Below are positions 16,964 to 32,300 of a stretch of DNA of 64,000 nt, piece after piece. The stretch comes from the human T2T-CHM13v2.0 reference genome, Homo sapiens, in NCBI RefSeq assembly GCF_009914755.1, contig NC_060937.1, one strand, 5' to 3'. The notes under the pieces are model-generated. The model ran no database searches. It was given only the letters and a program-made list of their open reading frames with translations, and had not been told where the DNA came from. Numbering within the stretch: the stretch's first letter is position 1; every line of letters begins with the position of its first letter. The position numbers and the translations under genes were made by a program.

Positions 16964-18295
16964 TTTTTTTTTTTTTAATTTAAGTTCTAGGGTACATGTG
17001 CACAATGTGCAGGTTTGTTACATAGGCATACATGTGCCATGTTGGTTTGCTACACCCATCAACTTGTCATTTACATTAGGTACTTCTCCTAACGCTATCC
17101 CTCCCCGGCTCCCCACCCCACAACAGGCCCCAGTGTGTGATGTTCCCCTCCCTGTGTCCAAGTGTTCTCATTGTTCAACTCCCACTTACGAGTGAGAACA
17201 TGTGGTGTTTGGTTTTCTGTCCTTGTGATATTTTGCCGAGAATGATGGTTTCCAGCTTCATCCATGTCCCTGCAAAGGACATCAACTTACCCCTTTTTTT
17301 TGGCTGCATAATATTCCATCATGTATATGTGCCACATTTTCTTTATCCAATCTGTTATGATGGACATTTGGGTTGGTTCCAAGTCTTTGCTATTGTGAAT
17401 AGTGCCGCAATAAACATACGTGTGCATGTGTCTTTATAGCAGCATGATTTATAATCCTCTGGGTATGTACCCAGTAATGGGATGGCTAGGTCAAATGGTA
17501 TTTCTAGTTCTAGATCCTTGAGGAATCACCACACTGTCTTCCACAATGGTTGAACTAATTTACATGCCCACCAACAGTGTAAAAGCATTCCTATTTCTTC
17601 ACATCCTCTCCAGCATCTGTTGCTTCCTGACTTTTTAATGATTGCCATTCTAACTGGCATGAGATGGTGTCTCATTGTGGTTTTGATTTGCAGTACCATT
17701 GAGGACATAGGCATGGGCAAAGGCTGTTGTGGTTTTGATTTGCAATACCATTCAGGACATAGGCATGGGCAAAGGCCATTGTGGTTTTTATTTACAATAC
17801 CATTCAGGACATAGGCATGAGCAAAGGCCATTGTGGTTTTGATTTGCAGTCAAAAATCAATGGGTTGCAAATTAAGAATTAGTAGACTTCCTCAATTTTA
17901 TACTTTAAAATTATACTTTAAAAATGGTATTTGCAATACTATTCAGGATGGTATTGCAAATGGTAATACCATAGGCAGTACCATTCAGGACATAGGCATG
18001 GGCAAGGACTTCATGACCAAAACACCAAAAGCAATGGCAACAAAAGCCAAAATAGACAAATGGGATCTAATTAAAGAGCTTCTGCACAGCAAAAGAAACT
18101 GTCATCAGAGTGAACAGGCAACCTACAGAATGGGAGAAAATTTTTGCAATCTATCCATCTGACAAATGGCTGATACCCAGAATCTCCAAAGAACTTAAAC
18201 AAATCTACAAGAAAAAAACAACCCCATAAAAAAGTGGGCAAAGGATATGAACAGACACTTCTCAAAAGAAGACATTTATGCAGCCAACAGACATG
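16964..18295 (-). mobile_element. 5'-truncated, 5'-inverted L1PA: 3' part on - (16964-17692), inverted part on + (17972-18295), complex junction between
   Basis: Poly-T then taagttctagggtacatgtgcacaa (L1PA 3' end). The + part encodes L1 ORF2 [35 protein letters not shown] core tgattcac at 16956-16963 and 18296-18303. Confidence 0.93.
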
Positions 18296-18529
18296 TGATT
18301 CACCTGTTTTTTAAATGACATGACATTAAAAATATTACTTTTCTAAAATTCAGTTTTTCACTCAATGTTTTAGGAATACTTGCATTATAAGGTTGTATCA
18401 AGTGAGGCAAACCTATATTTTGGTATTCTGTATTCAACACCTACCTTGTGAATGCCTGTTTTCTGCCACGTTCTAGGTGTTAGGGATATAAGTGGCTTGC
18501 AAAATCAGACGTGGTTTCTGTTGGCTCTG

Positions 18530-18745
18530 GTACAGGTATACCTGGGCTTCAAATCCTGGTTCCACCTCTTTATAACTATGTAATCTTGGGCAGGTTACTT
18601 AACCCCCTAAGTCTCTGTTTCTTCATCAGTAAAAAGGAAAGAATAATTAATACCTTTCTTAGAATTGTTTGAGGTTTAATTGAGAGAATGTATGTTCCTA
18701 GCATGGTATCCGGCATATAGTAAAATGCTTAATAAATGTTAGCTT
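18530..18745 (+). mobile_element. MIR
   Basis: cctgggcttcaaatcctggttccacc...ttgggcaggttacttaac...aatgcttaataaatgttagct. Confidence 0.75.
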
Positions 18746-18796
18746 TTTTTATCACCCTAAAAGTAAGTAACATTTGAAGTATAAGTTTTGTGGGGG

Positions 18797-19271
18797 TTTT
18801 TTTGTTTTTGTTTTTGTTTTTTTTGAGACAGAATCTCGCTCTGTCACCTAGGCTGGAGTGCAGTGGTGCGATCTCGGCTCACCACAACTTCCACCTCTCA
18901 GTTAAAGCGATCCTCTCGCCTCAGCCTCCCAAGTAGCTGGGATTACAAGTGTATGCCACCACGTGTGGCAAATTGAAATACAAGTAATTTTCTTTAAAAA
19001 AAAAAAAAAAACTGAATAAGCTGATTCAGTAACATCATCTTCAGTCTGGCATGGTAGTCATCTTCCTTGAATTATTTGAAAAGTCTCGTGTTTCATTTGT
19101 TCTGTATACCACCATATATACATTTTAAAAATATAGTAAAAGCCGGCCGGGCGCAGTGGCTCACGCCTGTAATCATAGCACTTTGGGAGGCCGAGGTGGG
19201 TGGATCACGAGGTCAGGATATCGAGACCATCCTGGCTAACATGATGAAACCCCGTCTCTACTAAAAATACA

Positions 19272-19280
<9 letters not shown>
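18797..19280. mobile_element. Alu right-arm fragment (-, 18797-18969) and AluY left arm only (+, 19145-19280)
   Basis: Partial Alu consensus; gagaccatcctggctaac is AluY-like. Confidence 0.85.
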
Positions 19281-19302
<22 letters not shown>

Positions 19303-19306
19303 TATA
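19281..19306 (+). repeat. (TA)n microsatellite
   Basis: Direct reading. Confidence 0.95.
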
Positions 19307-20904
19307 GCCATAATCTCACATTTTAAGGATGGTGCTAGAGTCACTGCATGGGGTAATTCCAAATATAAGAGAATATATGTTTGGCTCATGGCAACTATAG
19401 TAACCTACTTTTTTATTACCTTTCTTTTGAGAAAGATAGTCACTTTGTGATTTGTTTTTTGGAACAGTATTTACTTATGAGAAAAAATTTGAGAAATAAA
19501 TTTTTCAGTAACTGGGAACAGAAATACTCTGAAAGCTTCACTCTGACTTATAAGTGACATTTTGTGTGATTTCTTGAGTTTCTTGAATGGAAAGTATTTC
19601 TGAATATATTTAGAAAATACTAACATTAAAATATAGATATTTTCTGTATACTTAGAGCACAATATTTAGGCATTTGAATATATAAATCCAAGTACAAGTA
19701 ATTTGGAATTTAAAAAGGTACATTTATAAAAAGTTACAAGGGTGGTCAGTCTAGTCAGATTTCCTTCTAGATTACTAAATTGTTTTAGAACATTGTGATT
19801 TATTAGAAGTGTGAGGAGGAATTAAATGTGTCCAGATACAAGTTCTAAAAGATGCTACATAAAAATGAATCTGATATTTTTAATGGTTTCTATCAATAAT
19901 AACTTTGTTAAGATAGTTAAATTCTCCTCTTTGGATTTGATAAAAAACCTTACTTGTAATGCTTCTAAGGAGATCTGTTCAGCTATATCTCCTGTAAAAA
20001 GATATGTCAGGGTTATTTTTATTATCCGTAATGAAATCTTGTAAGAGAAAATCTTGCTCTGACAGTAAATCACTACCTTTTTTTCATTACCAAAGTCCAA
20101 ATGCCAAGGAAAAGTCAACTCCTAAGTTGGAGAGGCATATAAACAGTTCAATTATAGTGGCTATTCAAATAAATTTTACAATTCTTTTCCTGTTTTTATA
20201 GTTTTGTTCAGTCTTGATTAAGCTGTTTTAAAGTATGTAAAAGATAATGTTTTAGTAGAAATCTGTTTTTCTTAGTATATATAAAAATATTATGTAGCTA
20301 ATGTGGAATTTGGTTTTTAAATGTGATTTTTGAAGGAATTTTTTTGTAGAACAGATTTTAAAAGGTTTCTTTTAGCATATACAGCCAACTTTTACATTAC
20401 ATTAGATGTTATAACTAGAAGTCAGTTATAGTTCTGGAAATGAACATTAGCTTTACTTATTCTAAGTTTTTATGAGTCATCAAACTTTTGGCATATATGC
20501 TAATTTATGTAACCTCAGTCAAGATTTTCAGACATCTTCTTGAGATTATTAAAATTAAGATTTAGTTACCAGATTTAATCGTTTAATTTTAAAAGAGCAA
20601 ATTTAAATATATTTTGTTCTTAGAAGTTAAAGAACAAGTGAAATGATTTAGCTGTCCTTTGCAGGGGGAAAATACACTCATTTAAAGTTAAGTTTGTAGA
20701 CTACTTCATTGAAACGGCCATACATAAAACGTAATTTTTAAAAATAATTTTTTGTTTGGCATGAAGTAATGTTAACTCACTGAGTCTGAGATTTAGCATC
20801 CAAAAAGGTATTGAAAACAATCAAAGTTCTTTCATAAGAATAATGTTTAGTGATGTTCATTTAATATTTTTGAGCTTGAAAAATGAACAGATACTTAGGA
20901 TGAT

Positions 20905-21838
20905 TCTGAAAATGAACTCCTTTATTATTCTAATAACAGATACTCTATTGAGACTAAGTTACCCATGCTTTGTGGGAACTCAGCCTGCAAAGAATTGAAT
21001 TTGCTGGTTTTTGTCACTTCCAGGACCAGCCAGGGTTCCTGTAGCCTGCCGGTTGACATCAATGCATAATTTTATGCAAAATCATCAAGTGGTACTGTTT
21101 GCTTTTAAAGTGACCTGTAACTTTTTATTATAATCATTAATACAATCAAAGAAGGTAGCAGTGCTTTTATTTACTTTTTATTGTCATCAAGCAGTTTTCT
21201 AGGAATTTTCAGCAAAATACCAATTCAGCTATAAGTCTAATATGAAACACAGGAACTGTGAATATAAGCTTTTGGTGCTTGCTATGGAAAAATCAAATCA
21301 ATAGCTTTAATGTCTTCTTACAATCTCATTTTGTTTCACTATAGCTCTGTTTTAGTTAGATCTGCACATCTGTTTTGCTCCAGGTAGTTAATTTTGCCAG
21401 TTCAGTTTCTCTGTAGATTTTTGCCATAGTAGAAAAGGATTTTAAATATTAATAGCCCCTTAAAATATTTTATTACCATTTACTTAAATGAACGATAGAT
21501 AATGTACATGCTTTCTTTTTTGTGCAAATACCCAAGACAATCTGAATTGAAAGACAGCTTAAGGACAAATAAATAGCAAAAGCTTTCAGTCTTTATTTAC
21601 AGTATATAGAAGGTTACTGTTTTCATTTTAGGTGGAAGAGTCTGATCAGTAGGAACACCCCAGAGGAAGGACATCTTTAGCGATAGAATTTACATACCGT
21701 TAGCTCACAGTAATTGATTAGTAGCAGGGCTCTGTAGTACAGAGCTAGCTGGGCATGTTATTTGGGATGTCTTTGATGCTGTGGTTTTCCGAAGCTTGCT
21801 GGCTGCATGCTTGTTGCCTTTGTTCGTGACACAGGTAA
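20905..21838 (-). other. KCTD4: KCTD4 3' UTR (distal end approximate)
   Basis: Repeat-free AT-rich stretch after the stop, with - strand AATAAA at 21592-21597, 21177-21182, 21166-21171, 21124-21129 and 20921-20926. Confidence 0.6.
20921..20926 (-). terminator. Candidate distal polyadenylation signal (AATAAA) of KCTD4
   Basis: tttatt on the + strand; on the - strand it is followed by U/GU-rich sequence (TCTGTTCATTTTT). Confidence 0.5.
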
Positions 21839-22805
<967 letters not shown>

Positions 22806-23861
22806 CTGGAGTAAGACGGAAAAGAGAATTTGCATTTAACTGTATCAGGGAAGGGATTTGTTGTGAAAGGATTTTCATGTCTATCCTTTGAAGTAATAAG
22901 AGTTACTCAGAATAAATTGAATTTCCTCTTGTCAGTTAAGCAGATCCAAATGTTTAATTCTTCATCCAAATGTGAATGTTTAACTATTTCTAAATGCCTA
23001 AGTTATTTTTTAATCAGGCAGGCTTAATGTTGAATAATATTGTCATCTTTTGGAAAATAATGTATATTGATTTAGTGTCATCTTTTTAAAGTAAATTTAA
23101 GTAGGAAACATAAGGTGAAAATTCTAGGTGTATACAATTTTCTTTCCCGGAAAAAGTCACACATTTCAAAGTATTGTAGTCATTTTTGAGACACAAATAA
23201 GAATACTTAACCTGCTACTTGTGACACTGCACTTGAATTTAATTGGATTTGCATATGATTCTGATTTGGAGATCTATGTTAAAGGATGTTAAGAATTTTT
23301 TTTATTTTTTATTTTTTATTATTTTATTTACCCTAAAAGTAAAAAAAAAATCAAATAGGCTTTACAGTAATCACTTAATTTTTTTGCTTAAGATTTTCTG
23401 TGGAAAATTCATGAACTTGTTTCACTCGGAGCCTGCTTCTGTGCTGAACAAAGACTTGGACAATTATAGAAAATACTGTGACTGTGTATGTGCATGCATG
23501 TATATACCGTAGGAAGATAGGAGAAAGATCTAGATTCAGAATACCTACTACAAAATAGTGTCATGGGTAAGTTAGTTTCTTGTTTGTTTGTTTGTTTGTT
23601 TCACAGTGGGCAAAATAAATCACCAAAGCCTAACCTTGTTTTTCAACTTGGGAGCTGGAACAGTGTGAATGATGTCACCCTCCACTTCTCACATCTTTTT
23701 CCTCTTTCCCCTATAACTTCCCTTCCAAAGCAATTTAGGGTTCTGAGGTTTCACTTCTAGCATTTAAAGGCTCAGTGGTAAGAAATGTAAACATTGTCCC
23801 CAGTACACTATTATTTGGCCTATCTGCTAAATTATTCTGGGAAACTACATTGTTTTTTGTT

Positions 23862-24013
<152 letters not shown>

Positions 24014-25265
24014 TAAAAGTTAGACTTTAGTTTATATTTCTCTTGCATTAAAAGTATTTTAAAATTATTTAACTGTATGTTGACATAGGAATATTGGAAG
24101 AGATTCTTCTAAAATGCATACTTCTTATTTTCTTTAAACAATATTAGATTTTCAGGTATAAAAAATTATATTCTTATAGTGATCTTGAAGTTAACATTTA
24201 TGTATTATTGAGATCAAAAGTTCGTTGAAATCGAACTAGAAAACTAAGGCATAATGTTTTTAGAGCTGTGTTTTTGCTTAGAGACTGTGAAATTCAACTT
24301 CCTCATTTCACCAAAGATAACATTGCATTCCAGAGAATTTTTAGTATTTTATCTAGGACTTCACAGCAAAGCCAACATTTTGACTAAAACGTCCTTTACT
24401 CCTGCAGCACTTAATAAGACTTACTCTTATATTCTGACAATCTCATGTTTGTCTTGATTTTGCTTTTTTAGATTAAGTCTTTTCTGTCAATACAACTTTT
24501 TAAGAAATACTGAATAGATTTTGAGGGAGAAGGGATACAACTCTGGAAGTACATTCATGGAATTCTTGTGTTACCATTACAAATAGTCACTGCACATGAG
24601 TAGCATCATATAATAGCAAAATCAAAAAGGCATAACAATTTCATTTATAGGTATAGTCCTCTTTTTTTGAACTTTATAGGATACCAGAATTAGTACAACA
24701 TAACTGTAGTATAGTGATGGAGACTGTGCTAGCATGTTCTTGTTTAAATAAAGTGATGTGGATAGATACTATGTACTCTGGGTCTGCTTCCTTACACCCT
24801 GTTTGGCCTGTCTATAGATGTCTTCATGGGAAGCCCCAATGCTGTTGCTGTTGGAGGATAGGCTTCCATGAGGTGATGAGAAGGCAGGAGTGAGTCAGGA
24901 CAGCTGGAAGTGGGACTGCTGACCTTCAGTCATCACCCCAGGGCCACCTTACACTTCCTAGCTCACTCACTTTTGGTTTCTCCTGCCAGGTTTTCAAAAC
25001 CACTGATGAGTGCTCGTTTCTGCAGGCTTGCCTGAACAGACTCTGAACCATTCCATCTTGTGCCTCTTCTCCTTGATTGTTTTTTCTCACTCTAGACTTC
25101 ACTCTGGTGTTCTTCTGCAAAGTTGACATGTGTGATTTCTTTGCCACCCATGGCCTGGCAACAGTAGTATAACTGAAGCTTTGTCTTAGTGCCTGGCTTA
25201 TACAAATCCATAGGACTTTTGTGTCCTCTTTGGCCCAACTTGCAGACTTAAAGAAGAAAAATGTA

Positions 25266-25603
<338 letters not shown>

Positions 25604-28380
25604 CTAATACTCCATATTACCTCCAGCAAAGCAAGATGACTGTAGTTCATGGAAATTATAGGAGTTCATTGATCATTGCTGCCTGTGGTGGTACACATGC
25701 CCCTTAGGAGAAAGCCAGATTATCTCGTTTTAGTCTATTCTAAATTTATATTTACTTGCTAGGGGGTGGCGAGTGGGTGTTGCTTGTCCAAGGTAATATC
25801 TGTAAGGTCTCCACAGCCCTAAAACTATAAAAATGGTGCTTCAGTACCTATACCAAGGGAGACATCCCTGGATCATGGGACTATGTTTCTCTGCCTTGCA
25901 GATACAAACCGGAACTGCTCAATTTAATGGTTTCAGCAGAAGGGTTTAAACCACACATGTCAAAGATTAGCTTACCTGGATCCACTTGGCCACTAGATTT
26001 GAAGATTTTATCTGCCTTTGCAGGCAAAAACATATAAAAATTTGAAAGATTGGGGTCCTGTTTCCTACTCAGTACCTTAACTCTTTATTAGAGTTAGATC
26101 ACCTCTGTCTTAGACAGCTTTAATCATATATAACCAACTTTGAGAATTTAAACTGGTCCTTAGTATGAGTATATCCTATAGTTAATTGGGTCCAATGCCT
26201 AACTAAACTCTGGCAGAACCTTCCACTATGAGGTAATACTAATGTCCTACCATCTGCATAAGGCAGAACTCATTCCAGCAGGAATTCCCATCTTTTTACC
26301 AACTCCTTATGGGAAATGAGGTCTTTGTCATCCCGTGATTGATGCAGGACATCATTGTAATATATACACTTGCTCCATTTATATGCCAGAGATACTCCCA
26401 TGCCATGGAAGGAAGTGAAACCTTACCAGGAGGTTATCCCTCCCGACTGGAAGATACAAAAAGTATGATAATTCTCCTAGACTTAACAGATCATTCCTCT
26501 ATAAAATTCAGACACTCTTCAAGGAAAAGGAATGGTTTTAGAAGCTGCGTTTGATAAGAACAGGGAGCTTCTGTCTCCACATTCTCCCCTGCTATCAAAT
26601 CTTGGTTGTTGTCAGCTGCATGCTTCTCTGCTTGTCTTTTAAAAGGATTTCATTCCCATTACCTTAGAAAGAAAGTAAAAGCTAGAGAAGCTGCTGTCAA
26701 CTTTTTACTTAAATCTGACAGTATATCTCTGCCTTGGACTTGCCCACATTTTTTTTTTGTTTTTTTGTTTATTGATCTGTGTTTTGACCTTCCTCTGCCT
26801 TTCACAAGCTGAGTTTCTTTTTTTTTAACATGTACTTGCTTCATTGCCTCTTGTCAATAGCACTGAATGTAAGAAACATTCATTTTGATATTGAGGTATG
26901 AATATTTTGTGTTGGCTTCTTTTGTGTGTTAAAAATAAAAATTACACTGTCTAATTATTGACATGTTTTAAGAATCAAGGATTTTCCCATGTTAATGTAA
27001 TTCTTTTTGAGTGTCCAAATTTTAGTTCTATTTTGAAATATAAAATTTATCTGCTCTAAATGTTGTCTGCTACTGGTATTACACTAACAAAAGTACTATG
27101 GCAGCCACTTTATGTAACTGATTGACCACAGCATCTCACAAACTGTGCCAAGTACTTGAACCTTCCTAGGACTAATAGGACGTAACCTCTGGCCACAAGG
27201 TCGTGTGAACATGTCATTGCAGTCCAAAGAATACAGCTGTAAATATTTTGCAGTGTTGAACTGCGTCTTCAAGGAAGCCCAGGAAAATTGCCTACATTGG
27301 TAAATGTTTTAGCTTCATTTGAGGAGTATAGAAAAACATAAGGCACTATGTGTCAAAAGGAGCACAAATAAAGACAACAGACTAGCTCAGAAGTTCAGGT
27401 GAAATTCCATTCCACATTTCTTTGATTTTCACTACAGAGGCAATCTTGACAATTTATAAGTCATATTAATTCATGTTTTACATGTACTTTGGAAAATGAG
27501 TATTTCAGGGAAACCTGTGTTTTATAATTTTGTAAGCAGAAGTCATACCTTAAGTTTTTTAAAAATGAAGTTTTTTTTTGAAATATAACCTGTGCGTTAT
27601 TATTTACTGGAAAATTCTATTGTAACCAGATGAGCATAGCACTTATGTAAGCCATCAAATGAACATTAAAATTATAATATTGTACAGAACTCATTTTTAT
27701 AGTGCTATTTGGCAAAATGCAATTTTACTTTCTCTTTGGGAAGAAGATATTTTAAGCTAATAACCATTATCTACAATCTCAAAATGAAGGGCATAACTTT
27801 GAAAACTCTTGTAAAGGTAGTACAGTTAGGAAGTAAATGACTAAAGAGGGTCTCTGTTACCGTATACTAGCGCCTGCCACTGTTCCTTCTGATTTTCTCA
27901 TCACTTAACATCTGCTTGTGTCTTCAGTGATGAGGTGGTGTGGAGAAGAGAGAAGAGGATCTGAACAGGAGAACAGGATGTGATGGCTCAAGGGAGCAAA
28001 TGTGGTTTCTTACAGAGTAGGGAGGAGTTATAAACTAGGGATGGAGAACTCTATCATATCACACATTTTTTTCATATTTACCATTTCTATAACTGAGGTA
28101 CATCTTAATATCGTTAGCTTGTCAAAGTTTAGCAGCAGTATTTTGTCTTGGTGGCACGTAAAATAATGGTTGCTATTACAAATGATAGCATCTTATAGTT
28201 GATGAAATATTTGAGCAGCTCTGTGAGCTATTCCCTCCGTATCACAAGAAAGTAAAATTAACAGACAGGGAGGAGGGAAAGAATTTTGCAGGGAGATGAG
28301 AGAGAGAGGGAGAGACAAAACAATGTGGCTGCTTGATGTTAAAATTAGGCAAATTATTTTATAACTTTTATAAAATTAAA

Positions 28381-28643
28381 TTTTATTTTTTGATACAGGG
28401 TCTTGCTCTGTCACCCAGGCTGGAGTGTATTGCAACCTCAACCTCCTGGGCTCAGGTGATCTTCCTGCCTTAGGAAACTCCCGTATAGTTGGGGCCACAG
28501 GCATACCCCACCATACCTGGCTAACTTTTTTATCTTTTTGTGGAGACTGGGTCTCACTTTGTTGCCCAGGCTGGGCTCAAGCTATGCTGCTGCCTCAGCC
28601 TCCCAAAGTGTTGGGATTACAGATGTGAGCCACCATGCGTGGC
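28381..28643 (-). mobile_element. Degenerate AluJ
   Basis: Alu consensus with deletions. Confidence 0.8.
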
Positions 28644-28874
28644 AAAATTCCTGAAGATCAAATAGAGATCAGAATATTACTTCACAAGTAAAGAGCAGCT
28701 TTTTAATAATACAGGGATAGAAAGTTTGCCTAACTGGTTTGTTAAGATGCTAGTACCTTTTATTAGTAGACCTCAACTCAGAACCACAGGCAAAAAAACT
28801 TCTAGGAACATATTTTAAATGAGAAGAAAGGAGACTACTAGGAATATTAAAAATGGTTTGCCTTTTAAATGTAC

Positions 28875-29100
28875 CTGCTTCTTGAAAAGATTATTTCTTC
28901 AGTCTTTTCCCAGAGAGTGTCGACACAGGTGTGATGTAATTAAGAGTCAGGAGAGTAAGGAGAGTAACTTCGAGGTCTGGAGGATCAGCCTGAAATGTTG
29001 GTCAGTAGTCCTCTGGTCTGGGTTTTTACAGGAGCTGGAAGTTCTCTTAAAGGCCTCCACATTCAGCTGGATCCAGAAGGTCTTGTGGAAATGAATGAGT
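28875..29100 (-). other. KCTD4: Probable non-coding first exon of KCTD4 (5' end approximate)
   Basis: Repeat-free segment ending in a - strand donor AAGCAG|gtacat. Position fits my recollection of a two-exon gene spanning about 8 kb. The TSS cannot be determined from sequence. Confidence 0.5.
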
Positions 29101-30130
29101 GTAACTTCCTGATGCCTAAGACTTCCTAACATACTTGATTTCATTACTTACATGCCAATGCTAATAAGCAGTGTTGCTGCTTGCTTATTCCTTTAACTTC
29201 TTCAAACTAGGGATGCCCTTAACTTTTTAAAAAAAGTGCCAGTATCATTTCTCCTCAGTTCTTTGACATAGAGTGTATGTCAAGTTCAGATATAGGGCAG
29301 GATAATCCAGCATAGAGCACAAATTTAAATATTTTCAAGCCTTGGGCAGCTTCTTAACATTTTGTTATTCTCTTTCTATTCAAAGAAAATTTAATTATAT
29401 CTAGGTCTTTTGGAAAGTACTAGAGCAAACAAAATAACACTAATGAAATAATAAAACATCCCCAGTTGGAGAGGAAGGCTAGCATTTTTATTTAGTGAAA
29501 GAGACCTAGAAGAGATCTCAGACATTCTAGTAATATCATTATTATGGATGCTGAGGCCCAGAGATGTAAAATAACTTCTCCAAAGTAACACTGCTGTTTA
29601 GTGACAGAATCTTAACTAGAAGCCTTCAGTTCTTTTTATAGGATGTGCTTTATATACATAACCTTTAAAATTTTCTCTCGAGTTTTTTCTGATTTTAGGT
29701 GGTGGGATATACATAAATTACCATCATCAAAGATGTGTGTTCATACTCAATAAGATTCTTTTGGTTGCAAGTAGCAGAAACCAGTCAACAAACCAATCTA
29801 GCCAAAAAAGGAGTGCGGGGGAGAATTTAGAAAGAATCCCATACTATTTCCCAGAATCCAAAGAAGAGCAAATGGCCAAGGAAAAGATATGAATTGAGCC
29901 ATTCCAAAGCCTTTGGTAGGATGAGTTTGTGTGGCTTCTCTGCAGAGTGCTGGCAAGACCATGTCCTTCTAGTAATTGGTGGTGTGAGCCCCTTAGTTGA
30001 ACATTTCAAGCACAAGAGCGAGCAAGCACAGACACACAGAGGCCATTCCTACCACCTTCAGTACTCTTCCTTCTTACCCCCACCCACCCCAGTCTAAATC
30101 CTACCCATTTTTCAAGGTCCAGCACAATCA

Positions 30131-31435
<1,305 letters not shown>

Positions 31436-31943
31436 CCATGATTTAGTTTAGATTTTCGATTTTGGTTTCTTTGAAAAGGAGCAAGAACTTAGACACTGTG
31501 AAACTATCTAAATGCAGACTCTTTCTAGACTCCTGTGCTTCCCTTTCAGTCTCCAGTTGTCTCACCTGTACCTAATTTGACAGTATTGTGTTACAACTTA
31601 ACTTTATATCATCTTACCAAAGCATTCTACATAGTTTTTATAGAAACACCCCCCAAACTCCCCTCATACTTGCAATTTAATGGGCTTCTGTAATATATAA
31701 TCAGATTACATAATTATTAAAACTAATATAGACAAGTTCTAGCATCGTTTGAGCAGACGTGTGTGGGAGTACTAGAGATTAACCTATTACCCACTAGTAT
31801 ATAGTGACTGTGGGCATCTGTCGCTATATTTAATAGCAGGCAGTTGAGAGCCTTTGTTAATCTAGAGGTGAGTTAAGTAGAGGTGTATCAAAAGTGCTTC
31901 TGGTGTATTAAGATGATTTATGTACCTGTCTTATCCTACGAGA

Positions 31944-32300
31944 CCAGCAGCTCTCGAAATGTGGTCTGGGAACCACTGGGCAGAGGGGTCCCCGAGATCC
32001 TTTCAAGGGATCAATGATGTCAAGACCATTTCTATAATAATGCTAATGGCTTTTTTTTATTTTTTCACTCTCATTCTCTAGAAATTTCTTAATTTTAGTT
32101 TCTAATATGGTAGATATCAGCAGTTAAAACTTATAAACAGGTTTTTTGGGAGTCTATACATTTTTCCTTTTAAAAACATTTAAATTTAGGTTTTTTAAGC
32201 TTATTTTTAATTGACAAGTAAAATTTGTGTATATTTATGGTATATAACGTGATGTTTTGATATATGTATATGTGTGGAATGGCTAAATCAAGCTATTCAT
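31944..32300. mobile_element. Charlie-type hAT fragment followed by a short L1MA 3' end (-)
   Basis: cagcagctctcgaaatgtggtctggg...gtcaagaccatttctataataat; aatttgtgtatatttatggtatataacgtgatgttttga. Confidence 0.55.

Noticed and set aside
17673-17848. Regular repeats superficially like a CRISPR array
   Set aside because: Units are tandem with no unique spacers, derive from L1, and lie in primate DNA with no cas genes.
17833-18162. 109-aa ORF with L1 ORF2 similarity
   Set aside because: It is a fragment of the inverted L1 plus junction filler, with no promoter and no RT/EN domain.
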